A DNA stretch of 64,000 nt. It comes from Podarcis vaucheri. Lineage: Eukaryota. A program made the position numbers and the translations under genes. This document shows, in pieces, positions 33,730 to 45,139 of the stretch. Position 1 is the first letter of the stretch, and each line of letters begins with the position of its first letter. Below the pieces are notes generated by a model. The model was not told the DNA's origin, did no database searches, and saw only the letters and a list, made by a program, of their open reading frames with translations. The DNA lies in the NCBI GenBank assembly GCA_965113315.1, contig OZ220364.1; one strand, given 5' to 3'.

Positions 33730-36497
33730 GTACTGCATAATTCATGGACCACCTTCTAGCTTTGCTTTACCTTCTCTTACATCTTTTAAGATCAGCAGCC
33801 AGTGTCCTCTTGACTGAGCAAGCTGTGTGCACCTGAAATCTATTGAAAGGTAATCTTGGTAGCTGCCTTATAACACTGGAGCTTCTATCCTTAAAAGACT
33901 CATCAGATTCTTTGAGGCTGAGTGCTCTAACAGACCAAGCTTGAAGAGATTAGTAACTAGTTATTTTATTCTGTCCCCACTCCTCCGCATTAGCCTGGAT
34001 TTGTAAATTACAGTTACCTATTTTAAGTCTTAGTGACAGAGTGAGATAAAAATTGGAATAAATATTTTTGAAACAATAATATTTTGCTTGGTTTTGTAAG
34101 GGTAGGATACAGACTATGATGTCAGTTGGAAAGAGGATGCTCTTGATGTAAGATAACCACCTCTGTCTCAGAACATGAACATGGCACTTTGAAACTGTAT
34201 TGTTGTCAGGTAAAATGAGTGAGCTGGACATTTGCTGCAGTTCTTTTACCTGTTAGTCACGTCATTGCTTTCGGCTGTCCCCTGAGAGAAGGCAACAGCA
34301 CCAGAACAAACCCAGTGTTGGGACAAAGCAGAGGTTCTTATTTCCATGGTATTATTAATCCTGAAATAGGGAAGCTAAGCCATAGCTGTAAGGTAAAGGC
34401 CCAGCTCAGGTCAGAAAATATTCAGTAAGCTGGACTGAAATGATTTGCTTCATGTAAAATTGCAAAATCCTTTACACTTTCAGATGATAGGAGAATCCAG
34501 AAGGTATGGTGAGCCCTAATAATTTAGGGCTACTTCACATGCAGCATTTGTTTCACAAAGCTGTGTTTCACTTAGTAGATACCTGAAGTATGAAAGAAAG
34601 ATGCACATCTTGAAATGTGTGTCTGTGACTAGAGCAGTGACCAAGTGCAGATGTGTCAGGGCCACCTATTGTTCCTTTGCGCTCTCCCCATACTGTAGGA
34701 ACAGTGGTTCATGTTACAAAATACACTGCTCAGTAGACGAATGGTTCCCTGAAGAAAACTTTCCATGTTTGTACGTGAGTAGAATTGCAGGCGCTCGCTC
34801 AGTGAGCAGGTAGGAAGCCAGCATTTGAGTCCAGTGTAAACAGGCTTCCAACAATTGCAATATTTATTGCCATAACAACTGATGTTATGGGCTGATGTTG
34901 AAAAACATTAAGCAGCTCAGTCATGTTGTCTGTGGCCAGGGAATGTTTTAATGAAGAAAAATGTTCTTTTCCCATGTTTGCCAAGTAGGGGAAATGTCAT
35001 CAGTGTCTTGTTTTTCTGGGATTTTGCCACTTTCATGCGCTTAGACGTTTTTTAAAAAAATGTAGTGAGAAAAAATCAAGCATTTCTATTGCCATTCTGA
35101 ATGAGAGACAAAAGAAAACTTACTCTTATTCCTAGTCCTTCCCCTCCTCATCTCTTTGCTTTGTTGGTAGTTAATACTTAGAGTGAAAGATTGGAAACAT
35201 TCCTCAGTAAAATGTATACATTTTTAAAAAAAATGTGGAAAGCAAATGTAAGTCCACACTGGATGCAAATCTCTCAAGAATGTTTCCCTTATGGATTACA
35301 GTAACATAAGAGCACAGTTGGGTGGTTGCACAAGTCCTATAGTTAAAACTGGTCTTGTTTTACAGAAATGAGCTAGTGGATTGTGACTTCAAATTGAAAA
35401 TTGTTTGTTTTCTTAACCTCTTCCAACCACTTTGCCCTGATGTAGCAAGTCTGTATTCCTAAGAAGTTAAGATTTATTTGGAAGTACTGTAAATCCCATT
35501 TTAAAAAATCAGTGGGTATTACATCCAAGTAAACATACTTAGTGTAGGGGCATTAGTGAAATTTGCCATCCACCCCTTTTTTGCTTTTAAATCAAATGTG
35601 TACATGAGACAGGGCTAATGTTTCCATTGTTGTGCTACAATATAGTGGATGGTCGTGGGAGCTGCTAGTTCTCAAGGAATTGTCACCTGGGAAAGGTCCT
35701 GTGAGTGGATGGTATTGCTTCATTACCTTGGATTAAAGTGACATGAAATTCTGGGGAGTTCCTGGACTTTAACAGGGTTAGCTGTCAGCTTATGTCACCT
35801 TAGCAATACTTGCTGCTCTTTGACTTTCAGTAGATTGCCTCAAGAGTGCGCGTGAGATTCTGATCCAGAATGAAGTCCTTGATGAATGCTTAGCACCACA
35901 TTCCCCACAAATTACCAGTTCCCTGTGGATGGATGTAGTGTAGCCCTCTTCTGATCATTCTCTGTTCCCAAGATGGCTGGCATTCTTTGCCAGGCTGGCA
36001 ATGCAGGGTCTACTGCGGCTCCTTGGCACTATAGTATTGTTACAAGGACTGACTGTTGCTCTTTGATTAAAATGGATAGGGTTTCTTGCTGGATCCTAAG
36101 GTTGGGGGGAATGATCTAACTTGAGTGCTCTTTTCCAAACCTGTTGTGTATAGCTGGCTTCCTTTTTCATGAATGTCTTGCTTTTTGAAAGCTGTAGAAG
36201 GCATTGGCTCACAAAAGCAGTAGTTTAACTGGAAATCAGTGGCTCCAAAAACAACTCAGATACATGAGTAAGTTTGTAAGTGCACCTTCCGGTTAACTGT
36301 CTGGAGTTCTAATAGGATTTTTTAAAAAAGCTATCCTACATAGGTAACTCTTCTCTACTTTGATGGGGTAATAATGAGCTATACTCTGTTTTTATTTGCT
36401 TATTTCTGTGTGTTTCTGGATGGTCTCATCTGCAAATTCAATGCAGCACTGATGAGCTGATCTCACTTATTTCCCTTTTGCTCTTGTCTCTTTTCAG

Positions 36498-36592
36498 CTC
36501 AATGTTTCCATCAGGTCACTGTTGCAAAACCTCAAAGAAAAGACTGAGCGTCTGAAGGACCTCTTGCTTCACTCTGTATCAACACGTCAGAT
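36498..36592 (+). CDS. STX8: Syntaxin-8 exon 3
   Basis: LNVSIRSLLQNLKEKTERLKDLLLHSVSTRQ(I). Acceptor tcttttcAG, donor GTATCCAT, 95 nt. Confidence 0.95.
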
Positions 36593-37362
36593 GTATCCAT
36601 GTAAACAGCTGTATACCAGGAAGGCCAGTGAGACAAGAGTGGGTCAGCATTCTGTTTTGGAAAAGGAACGAGACTGTTAAATTATATCTTTGTGTTTAGA
36701 AAATCCCCAACAACTTGGGAAAAACCCAGGTACAAAAAAAATGTTTGCAGTCTTCATTTTATTTCCAGGGTTTGTTCTGTATGTGCAAGCGCTTCTTCAA
36801 GGCATTCCTAACTAAATGGGCTGCAGCAAATGTTGTGTAAGATCCAACTGGAGCCCACTTTACACACGCAACTGAATGGGCTGTGTAAAGCTGTGCCCAT
36901 GTGGTTTTATTACAAGTCGATGCTCACTTAGGTAGTTGCATGTGTGAGTCTGAATTCTGCTATAAGTAGTTGCACAGTTATGACTTTTGCCACCTTGCTG
37001 TTTGTTTTTAAAACGTTCCATGTGTCTTATAGACTTATAAAATGAGGTAAATGTTGTAAAGTAGTTTTTACACATGGAAAAGTGTTATAAAAATGATAGT
37101 AGTCTGTCGTCAGTTCTCTGCCTAGGACAAGATAACCTCATATCCTTATTTAGTCATAATAGAACTTAGATATTTTTTAACTCTGGCCTCTCCAGTATAG
37201 ATCTAGTATGTTTTTTCCTGTACTGATAGGTACGCATGTGGTTCTTCCTGACTGGATAAAGAAGTCATAACTTACTTGATTTGTGGATTTAATACCAAAA
37301 GTATGAGGTCTAGATGTTCAGTCATTTGTTTCTGGCAATCAACCTTAACCCAGTTCCTGCAG
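36593..37362 (+). other. STX8: U12-type (minor spliceosome) GT-AG intron, STX8 intron 3
   Basis: 5' splice site GTATCCAT (consensus RTATCCTT). Branch point CCTTAAC at 37343-37349, about 14 nt from the 3' AG. No long pyrimidine tract. Confidence 0.85.
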
Positions 37363-37473
37363 AACACAACTTGAAGGGGACAGGCGGCAGAACTTAGTGG
37401 ATGACCTCCTCACGCGACATCGTCATCTTCAGGCATCTTTCAAAAATGAGGGGACAGAACCGGATGTGATAAG
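37363..37473 (+). CDS. STX8: Syntaxin-8 exon 4
   Basis: (I)TQLEGDRRQNLVDDLLTRHRHLQASFKNEGTEPDVI(R). Donor GTACAG, 111 nt. Confidence 0.96.
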
Positions 37474-40400
37474 GTACAGTTATAAATGAGAAATGCATGA
37501 GAGTAGCTCTCTCTTGAGCTATGAAGCACCAGTGTACCTGTACCCCAGGAATCCTCCTGATGACTGGTCATATTGGCTGGGGCCTGTTGGGAGTCCAACA
37601 ACATCTGGAGGGCCACAGGTTCACTGCCTCTGCTGTACCTTATTTTCACACAGACCCCACCTGTTTTTTGTGTGATCAGTTATGCTCCCCTTCAGGATAT
37701 TGTTTTTCATGTATTCTCTGAGTACCTTGACCAGGTACCCAGACTTGATGGAGCATCTGCACTCAGAATCGAATAAAAAAATTGGAGCTGAAGGTTGCAT
37801 CAAAGCCAGTCATGCTAAAAGGCCGAGTGTCTTAAGTGGTTCAGAGCCAAGGTCAAGCCAAAGCAGACTTTAACAGAGATGGGCTCAGAAGCCACGCAAG
37901 ACAAAACTTCACATCACAATGGCCACAGAAAGCAAGCGTGTATTGGAATTTAAGAGTCATATGGTGTCAGGGATGGATGAGGGAGATAAATGAGAAATAA
38001 AGAGATAGTTGCACATAGTTTGTCTAGGCAGGGTGGTTTTGTGTCCTTAGGGCACAAGCCAGGAAAACTGGCCAATCAAAAGAAAGGCAGTTATGTGGTC
38101 CAGAGCTACAGGGGGATCTATGGAGTGGAATTTCCCAGCAGTGCATACCTTGTCCTTGCAGTGTTGCTCTGGACTGTGAATAAGGGAACTATAGAGATCT
38201 ATGCCTTAAGAAAACCAGTCACACTACAAAATTTGGAAGGAGAAGCGTGGTGGTACATAGTATTGGTCTTGCAAATTGGTTCAAGATGTGCTTTTTACAT
38301 TACATTGATGCATCTTTTAGTAATATTTAATGATTATATGCTAACATTAATGATGATATCCTGATTAATTTCCCACTTGTCCTAAGCTAAAGGGAAAAAA
38401 GAAGCAACATAAATTTTGAAAATGATTCCAGCTGCTGGTTGGGTTTTGATGATCTATCCCATTCTCTTTTTATATCTTCTATACAGAAGCTTGAAATAGT
38501 TAAAGCATATATGTATCACCCAAGACATTTCAGGTGGAGGAAATGTGTTTTGGGTTGCCTGTGTTGTTGAAAGAGGAAACTCTGGAAGAATGTCTAATCG
38601 ATTAATTGTTTTTCTGGCCTTGTAATCCCTTGGAAAGCAGTGCAAATCCTTCCAGCTCTCCTGTGTGCTGGATTTTGTATTTAGCTAGTTTAACTCAGCA
38701 TGAGAAATCAGTCGGGCAGTGCTTTCCATGTTGATGGATTATCTGAGTTGAGTCGTCGTTTATTTCATGCTCCAGCAACAGCATAAAGTGAGCCTATGCA
38801 ACATTGTCTTGGGAATTTCAGTACTACTGAATTGCCACCAGGAGGAGCATGCAACTGTTGCTTCCTCCATCCCTGAACCCACAAATACAAATTGCAGCGT
38901 AAACAAGATTCCTCTTACATTTCAAGTTTTTTATAATTTCCTGTCCTATCCTCACCTTTCTGAAACAAAAATAAATGAAATATTGGGGACGTTAGTGTGC
39001 CAAAAAAAGGTGGATGGTGGTTAGAAACTGCTAGTGCTAGAATTATTGTTGGCTATGGAAATTTCTGTGGATTTCTCTTGGCCAGCCAAGAATCTCCAAA
39101 GCTGTAACTCTTAGCTTTGCATGTGTATTTTAAAAGAAAATGTATTCCAACTTGAACCTGATAGTTAGATCTTTCCAATCTGGCTGTAGTTGCTGTTGAG
39201 CTCTGGCTCCTCCCTTAGGGGTCTATAATTATTGCTATTTTTTCCCTTAGAAAAGCCCAACCATTCTATATTACAAGCCAAATTCTATTTCATCATGCCC
39301 ATGCATATTTCTATTTTCATATTTTCTTTTCAGAATTTAGAAGTTGTGTGATGTGGGTGTGGTTGGATATAGTGGGGTCATGACAGTTTGATCTGACTGT
39401 GAGTAGGCATTTTGTTTCTCTCTTCCTGTTCCTATATGCAGACATCACTTTTCTTTTATCTGATCCATCCTTAAAGTACACCCCACGTTTTCAGGAGCTT
39501 TTTTCGCACTTCTCCCTCCACCCCCCCCGTCCTATCCCGTAGTCATCCCCTTCATTAACCTTCTTGCATCAGTGATCACATGTCTTATTGTCCTCATGGT
39601 GTGCAATTGTGAAAGCATTCTCAAAATTAATCTCCGTTTACGTTTGGTCACCATTCGGTGAGTTTACATCCTTTGAAATCTGCTTTAATGTGAGTGCTCT
39701 TGGTGTGGTACAGTGGCCTTAGTACTTCTAATTCTTATTTTAAGTGACAACCTGGGCCACGATACAGATCAAGGCATTGCTTTATGAGGCACCCAAGTAG
39801 CTTACCTTCCGGCATTGTCAGACTTAATTAGGACACAGTTCTCAGTATCCGAAAGGGTTGTGCCATTTGCATAGCTGCTTCAATGCAGTTATTTCTCCCG
39901 ACCCAAACCATTTTATTCAATTGCCTTTAAATTAACCATGCAATATCTGAATGTGAAGAAGACTTGTGTATCTAACACGTAGAATGCCAATTTCATGAAC
40001 CATCCTAGAGATGCCATTAGGGGCAAAGCCGAGGTCCAGGAAATTGTGAGATATTAAACTTAATATTTTCCTTGCATCCAAGGAGACGGTGATCCCTTTG
40101 CTGGACTCCTTATCAGAGAATCTATTAAATGGATGAAGTTGTAATGAAATGGGGGTTGATATCCTGTGACAGAGTAGAAGGCAAAAAGAGCAAACCCACC
40201 CACTTCCTGCGAAACTAATAATGCAGCTTTTGCTAATGCTGAGAGTGAACCTGTATGGTAGGGCATTTATAATGCAGTTTGAGAAAAGTCCCCATCTCTA
40301 GCTTGCAGTAGCTGCAGTTGTGGGAGGTGTCACTGGAAGTATGGAGAGTGTATTGCTACCCTGGTAAAAGGAAAGAAAATTAAGAGGGTGATGAAATGAT

Positions 40401-40759
40401 GCATGTCACCTGTAGGAAGCTAGCATCTTCCTAAATTGAAAACCCGAACTAATGCTAGCCACAGTCGTGATTAAAACCATCTGCATGGGAGCTTCCTTCT
40501 TCTTACACAGCTAGCATAGAACTGTAGAAATGTCTTCCACCCTTGGACCCTGGCCAGACCCCAAGCTGAGCATCTTTCAGCAGGCTTCCTTGTAGCTGGC
40601 TTTTGACTGGCTACAGGTAGAGCGCTTAATATTTGTATCATGTATTTTGAATTACCTATTGTGTGTGTGCTTGTACATATACTAAATGTTGCAAAGCCCT
40701 TACCCCAAGCCTAAGAGATGTAAGCAATTAATGGTTCTCAACAATCTGATTGCTAAGGA

Positions 40760-41565
40760 CACAGATGACAAAATCTAGATTCAAAATTATCTTGACAGGC
40801 TGGAGCATGACCAAAACTGACAAGAGAGATAAATGTAAAGTTACTTGGGTTTAAAAATACAAGTAAAAATCAAATACACTAGTTACAGGATGGGAGAGAT
40901 TTGGCTTGACAGCAAGACATGTGGAAAGGTTCTGAGTGTCTCTGTGTGCATTGTAAGCTGAGAGAGCCAACAGGGCAATGCAGCCGCTAAAGAGGCAAAT
41001 GCAATTATGAGTTATGCTAATCAAGAAAAGTAATAATGCCACTCTGTCCTGTGCTGGCCAGGCCTCATCTGGAGTACCACGTCCAGTTCTGGGTGCCACA
41101 TTTTAAAAAGGAATTAGCATGTCCAGAGGAGGGTGACTCTGATAGTGATGGGTCTGGAAACATCCTGTGAGGAACATTTGAATAATCAGGCTACATTTAA
41201 CCTGGAGAAGAAAAGGAGGACGCATGGTTGCAGTCTTCAAATAACTGAAGGGCTCTCTTGTAGAAGATGGAGCAGACTTGTTCTCTTTTGCTCCAGAGAG
41301 CAGAACTAGAAACAGTGGGTGGAAATAGCAGGGAAACAGATTTTGGCTGTTAGAAATAGCTTCATAACGGTACATGTTGCTCAACAGTGGAACAGACGCT
41401 CTCAGGAGGAGGAGGGCTGTCTTTTGCTGCTGATATTTAAGCTGAAGCTGGGTGGCCCTCTGTTAGGGATGCTGCAGTTACATCCTGCGTGGCAGATCCC
41501 GCATTGAGCCCAAGGGTTGGACTACATGGCCTCCAGCATCCCTTCCAGTTCTATATCCTCCTAAT
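40760..41565 (+). mobile_element. Degenerate CR1 LINE 3' portion
   Basis: CR1 ORF2-like motifs (CAAAATTATCTTGACAGGCTGGAGCA, GGCCTCATCTGGAGTAC..GTCCAGTTCTGGG, TCAACAGTGGAACAGAC) and 3' end CCCTTCCAGTTCTAT. Confidence 0.8.
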
Positions 41566-43266
41566 GCCACCTGTTGCACCAAGACAGCAAATAAAATGAA
41601 AGCAGCACCCAGTACTGGGGGGGAAATGGGGAAATTCACTATATTGCCATGCAGATTGTTCCAAGGGCCTCGTATCCAATGTTTTTGGGAAACCCCCAAT
41701 CACATTTTACAGCAATTTATGAATCCAGATTGAAGTACTCAAAACACTTCAAATATTATTACTGTACTGCCATATTCACAAGGGGAAATGTGATTAATCA
41801 CATAGACCAATGTCACATGACCTGTGTTTTTGTTTTAAAATCACTCACGTTGATTGTTCTAAGGCTTGAAAGCCTTCATGTGTGGCCGTGGTCTAGGGAA
41901 AGGTCTGTTTGACTAATTTGTGTTTCTTGGGAAATTTTGTAAGAATTAACCAGTGAAACAATGCAGTTGGGAAGATAAGCTGCTGTTTGTTAAGTAGAGG
42001 CACAACCCTTGATTATAACCCTCCAGCTTCCTTTATATTTGGGCACATTGCTAAGCCTTTTAATTAGTTAAATCTGCTCCTATAATCAAAAGCTATCTGC
42101 ACACTCCACTGTGCTGTGACAATTTCAAAGATTTAAGTGATTAACTTGGCAAAAGCAGTGGGTGGCTAATTGGATAAACTTTAATCTTCACACTGCCAAA
42201 ATGAAACAGAGGAAGATCAGAAGAAAGAGGAAGTTGGGCTGCCCTGGGTGGGAAGAGAGCTACCAAACATGTCAGAAAGATTATTTTTAAAATGCTAGCA
42301 GGTCACTTGCCGCAACCAAAACTAGAAAGCATGGTTGGGGGTAAAACTGTGCCACTACATGACACACACCCCTCTCTCTCATTGACATTTTCAAATGGCA
42401 AAAGGTTTTTCTCATTTGAGCTAGTGGAGCCACAGCTGTGGATTTTGGAGCAGAGGATTTGGCTAGACCATCTTCTCTTGGGAAGACTCTGATGAGAGCT
42501 GCACCTTTTTATTTTGACAACGTTTAATGGGGATTTGGGCCCCTTACAGGAGTAAAAATGTCCCCTATGGGAGTTGGCTTTTTAAAAAACACAAATGTCC
42601 CCATTATACTGAATTACACAATATTCTTGAAGCTAATGGGGGTTGTTTTGCTAAATATGAATATATTTCCCCCGCATGTCACATGCCTGCCTTGTTTGCT
42701 TATTATTACTATGAGCTCTTGAGGCACACAGTAATAATATGGCTGGTGAAGATTAGAGGAGTACTTTAGCAGTCATTTTGCCAGCGCAATCTCTTCAGCT
42801 TGCCAGCTAGAACGGCCCCCACCCTCCCTATGGGTGCTGTTCTGGGATTTCTCTCAAACCCCCTAGAGCCATTTTTTCTTGTGGGGTGTGTGTGCTCTGA
42901 GGAATGTTCTGTTGCACTAGGTAGAGCCCTTAAACTGGCTTCTGCTAGTGGAACTAGAATAACAGAATCACAGAGTTGGGAAGGGATCCCAAGAGTCATC
43001 TAGTCCAACCCCCTGCAGAGCAATTGAATCCTGCCCTACTTCTTCTGTAGTAGTTTTAATTCAACTGCAAGTGAAGATGGTTTTAATTAAAGAGAAAACA
43101 AGGAGGTAAATGACCTTTAGGCTCCTTCTGTCCTAGTGAGTGTGGCTGACATGTGTAACAGGTGACAAATTGAATGGCCAACTTAACCAGAGTGGATTTA
43201 ATACAGCTGGTTCCTGGGTTGTTTATTAGCTAGAGATCAATGATTTGGGTCCCCCAAATTTCATTT

Positions 43267-43495
43267 TATTTGGATTTGTAAACGAAGAACTGTTCTCTTT
43301 GCTAAAAAAAAAAGACCAAGAAGATGCTGTGGCATCTTAAGGCCTTGCCAATTCGTGGTAGCAGGGCCTGTCCACTTCTTCATATACCATCAGATTTGAA
43401 CAATGTAAAAAAATACAGCTATCTGCTCTCTAACTGATGTGTCTGGTGGATACCGAACAGGTGAGACGGCAGTTGGCTATAGAACATAGAAAAAC
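43267..43495. repeat. Source copy of an inverted dispersed duplication (partner 16825-17052)
   Basis: The reverse complement aligns by eye to 16825-17052 with about 11 substitutions and 1 indel over ~228 bp. Confidence 0.95.
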
Positions 43496-45014
43496 TGCCT
43501 TATACTAGGGTAGATCATACGTTCATCTAGCTCAGCAACCCCTGCCGTAGACAGATACTTGTTTTTATTTGGCCTGAAGGCCACATTGCGGTAGACCATC
43601 CCACTGAGGGCCACATGCTGGGGTGGATGTGGCCAATGCACACTTTCATGCACAGCCAGCCAGCAGAGGAGGAGAGGTCCCTCCACACTGCAGCTCTGGT
43701 CTAAGAAGAGAGGTTCCTCTCTTCCTTAGATGGGGAGGAAAGCCCTTCAAATGTTGGATGCCTCTTACTACCTTTGGAAAAGTGCTGCTTCTCCCCCTGG
43801 TGTAGCCCCATTGTCAGAAGGCCTTAGAAAAGCACAGCAAACAGTTTTGGAAGTATTCAGTTTTGGGAAAGAGCTGTGAGCTACTAAAAATAGCTTCACG
43901 GACAGGGCCGAGGCACTGGTTTGTCACTTCAGTAGACCTTGGAGGGCCAATGCTGCTTTCAGTCTCTCCCAGCCCTATCAGGAGGTGCTGGGGACTGAGC
44001 CTGGCATTTTTTCCATGCAAAGCAGATGTGCCAGTGATGCACCAGTCCTTCCGTAAACTCTAAGCACTAACATGTAATTCATTTGGTAGACAGGTATTTG
44101 ATTTGGTGGACAGGGCACTCTTTCTATGTAAAGTGACCCCCCCTTTTTTTAGCATGGCATATGCTTATAGTCAGCGGTTAAATGTATCTAAGGCATGAAG
44201 AACCTGTTGCTCACCCAACTCTCATCTTCCTTGATCATTGGCCATGCTGCCTGGAGTTGATGGGACTCCCAACAGCACCTGGAGAATCACAAATACCCCA
44301 GTCTTGATGTATCTGAAGGGCTTGTGCAACTTGCACTTTTAGCCAGCAGGTGTCTCTCTCATACTGAAAATTCACACATTTACTGTATGCTGCAGAAATG
44401 AATTTGGTAGAGATCCTGGTTTTCATCCATTACACTTCATTCTTCTGTTGCATAGATGCACTTCAACAGAATATGAGGGCCTGTCTCTGTCTTTCACTTA
44501 TATTAATATTGCAGTGCTGCATAAAATCCTACCTCCAGGTTAAGTGCATGCCCGTTCACTATTATGCATGCAAGTCCCTCTGAATTCAGTGGGAGTTCTC
44601 CCAAGTCTGGTCTGCTGGCCAGATACCACAGCAGCCACCCTGCCTTCTGGGTCCTCTCCTCTCCCAGCACCATCTGTTAAGTAGGGAGCAGCAGAGCTGT
44701 AGCTGCAGGAAAAAAAGGACTTTGGTGTCATGCAAAGTCTGCAGTTGCAGCTCCTTCCTCTGTATAAAAATATATTGCAAGAAGAAAAGTGGGGGTATGT
44801 TTCATAATATACACATGTTGTACTCTTTGCAGATATGCAAAAAAGTCATTCATACATTTTGTATGTGTGCAATTTCGGAGATGCAGTTGCACTTTTTTAT
44901 GTTGATGCTTCAGAAACTGTATGGCAGGCTTGCTGGGGTCCCCCCCCCTCCTTTGAATAAATTATTTTAAAATGTTGAAGCTTGTATTTTTTTAAAAAAA
45001 ATATATTTTTTCAG

Positions 45015-45139
45015 GTCTAGCCTAATGGCTGGAGGGGTCAGACAAGGTGTCGTAAACCCATGGCTTGTGGAGGAGCCTGAGGAAACAAGAGGGCTTGGCT
45101 TTCATGAAATCCAGCAGCAGCAACAGAGAATTATAGAAG
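45015..45139 (+). CDS. STX8: Syntaxin-8 exon 5
   Basis: (R)SSLMAGGVRQGVVNPWLVEEPEETRGLGFHEIQQQQQRIIE. Acceptor tttttcAG, donor GTAAGT, 125 nt. Confidence 0.96.
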
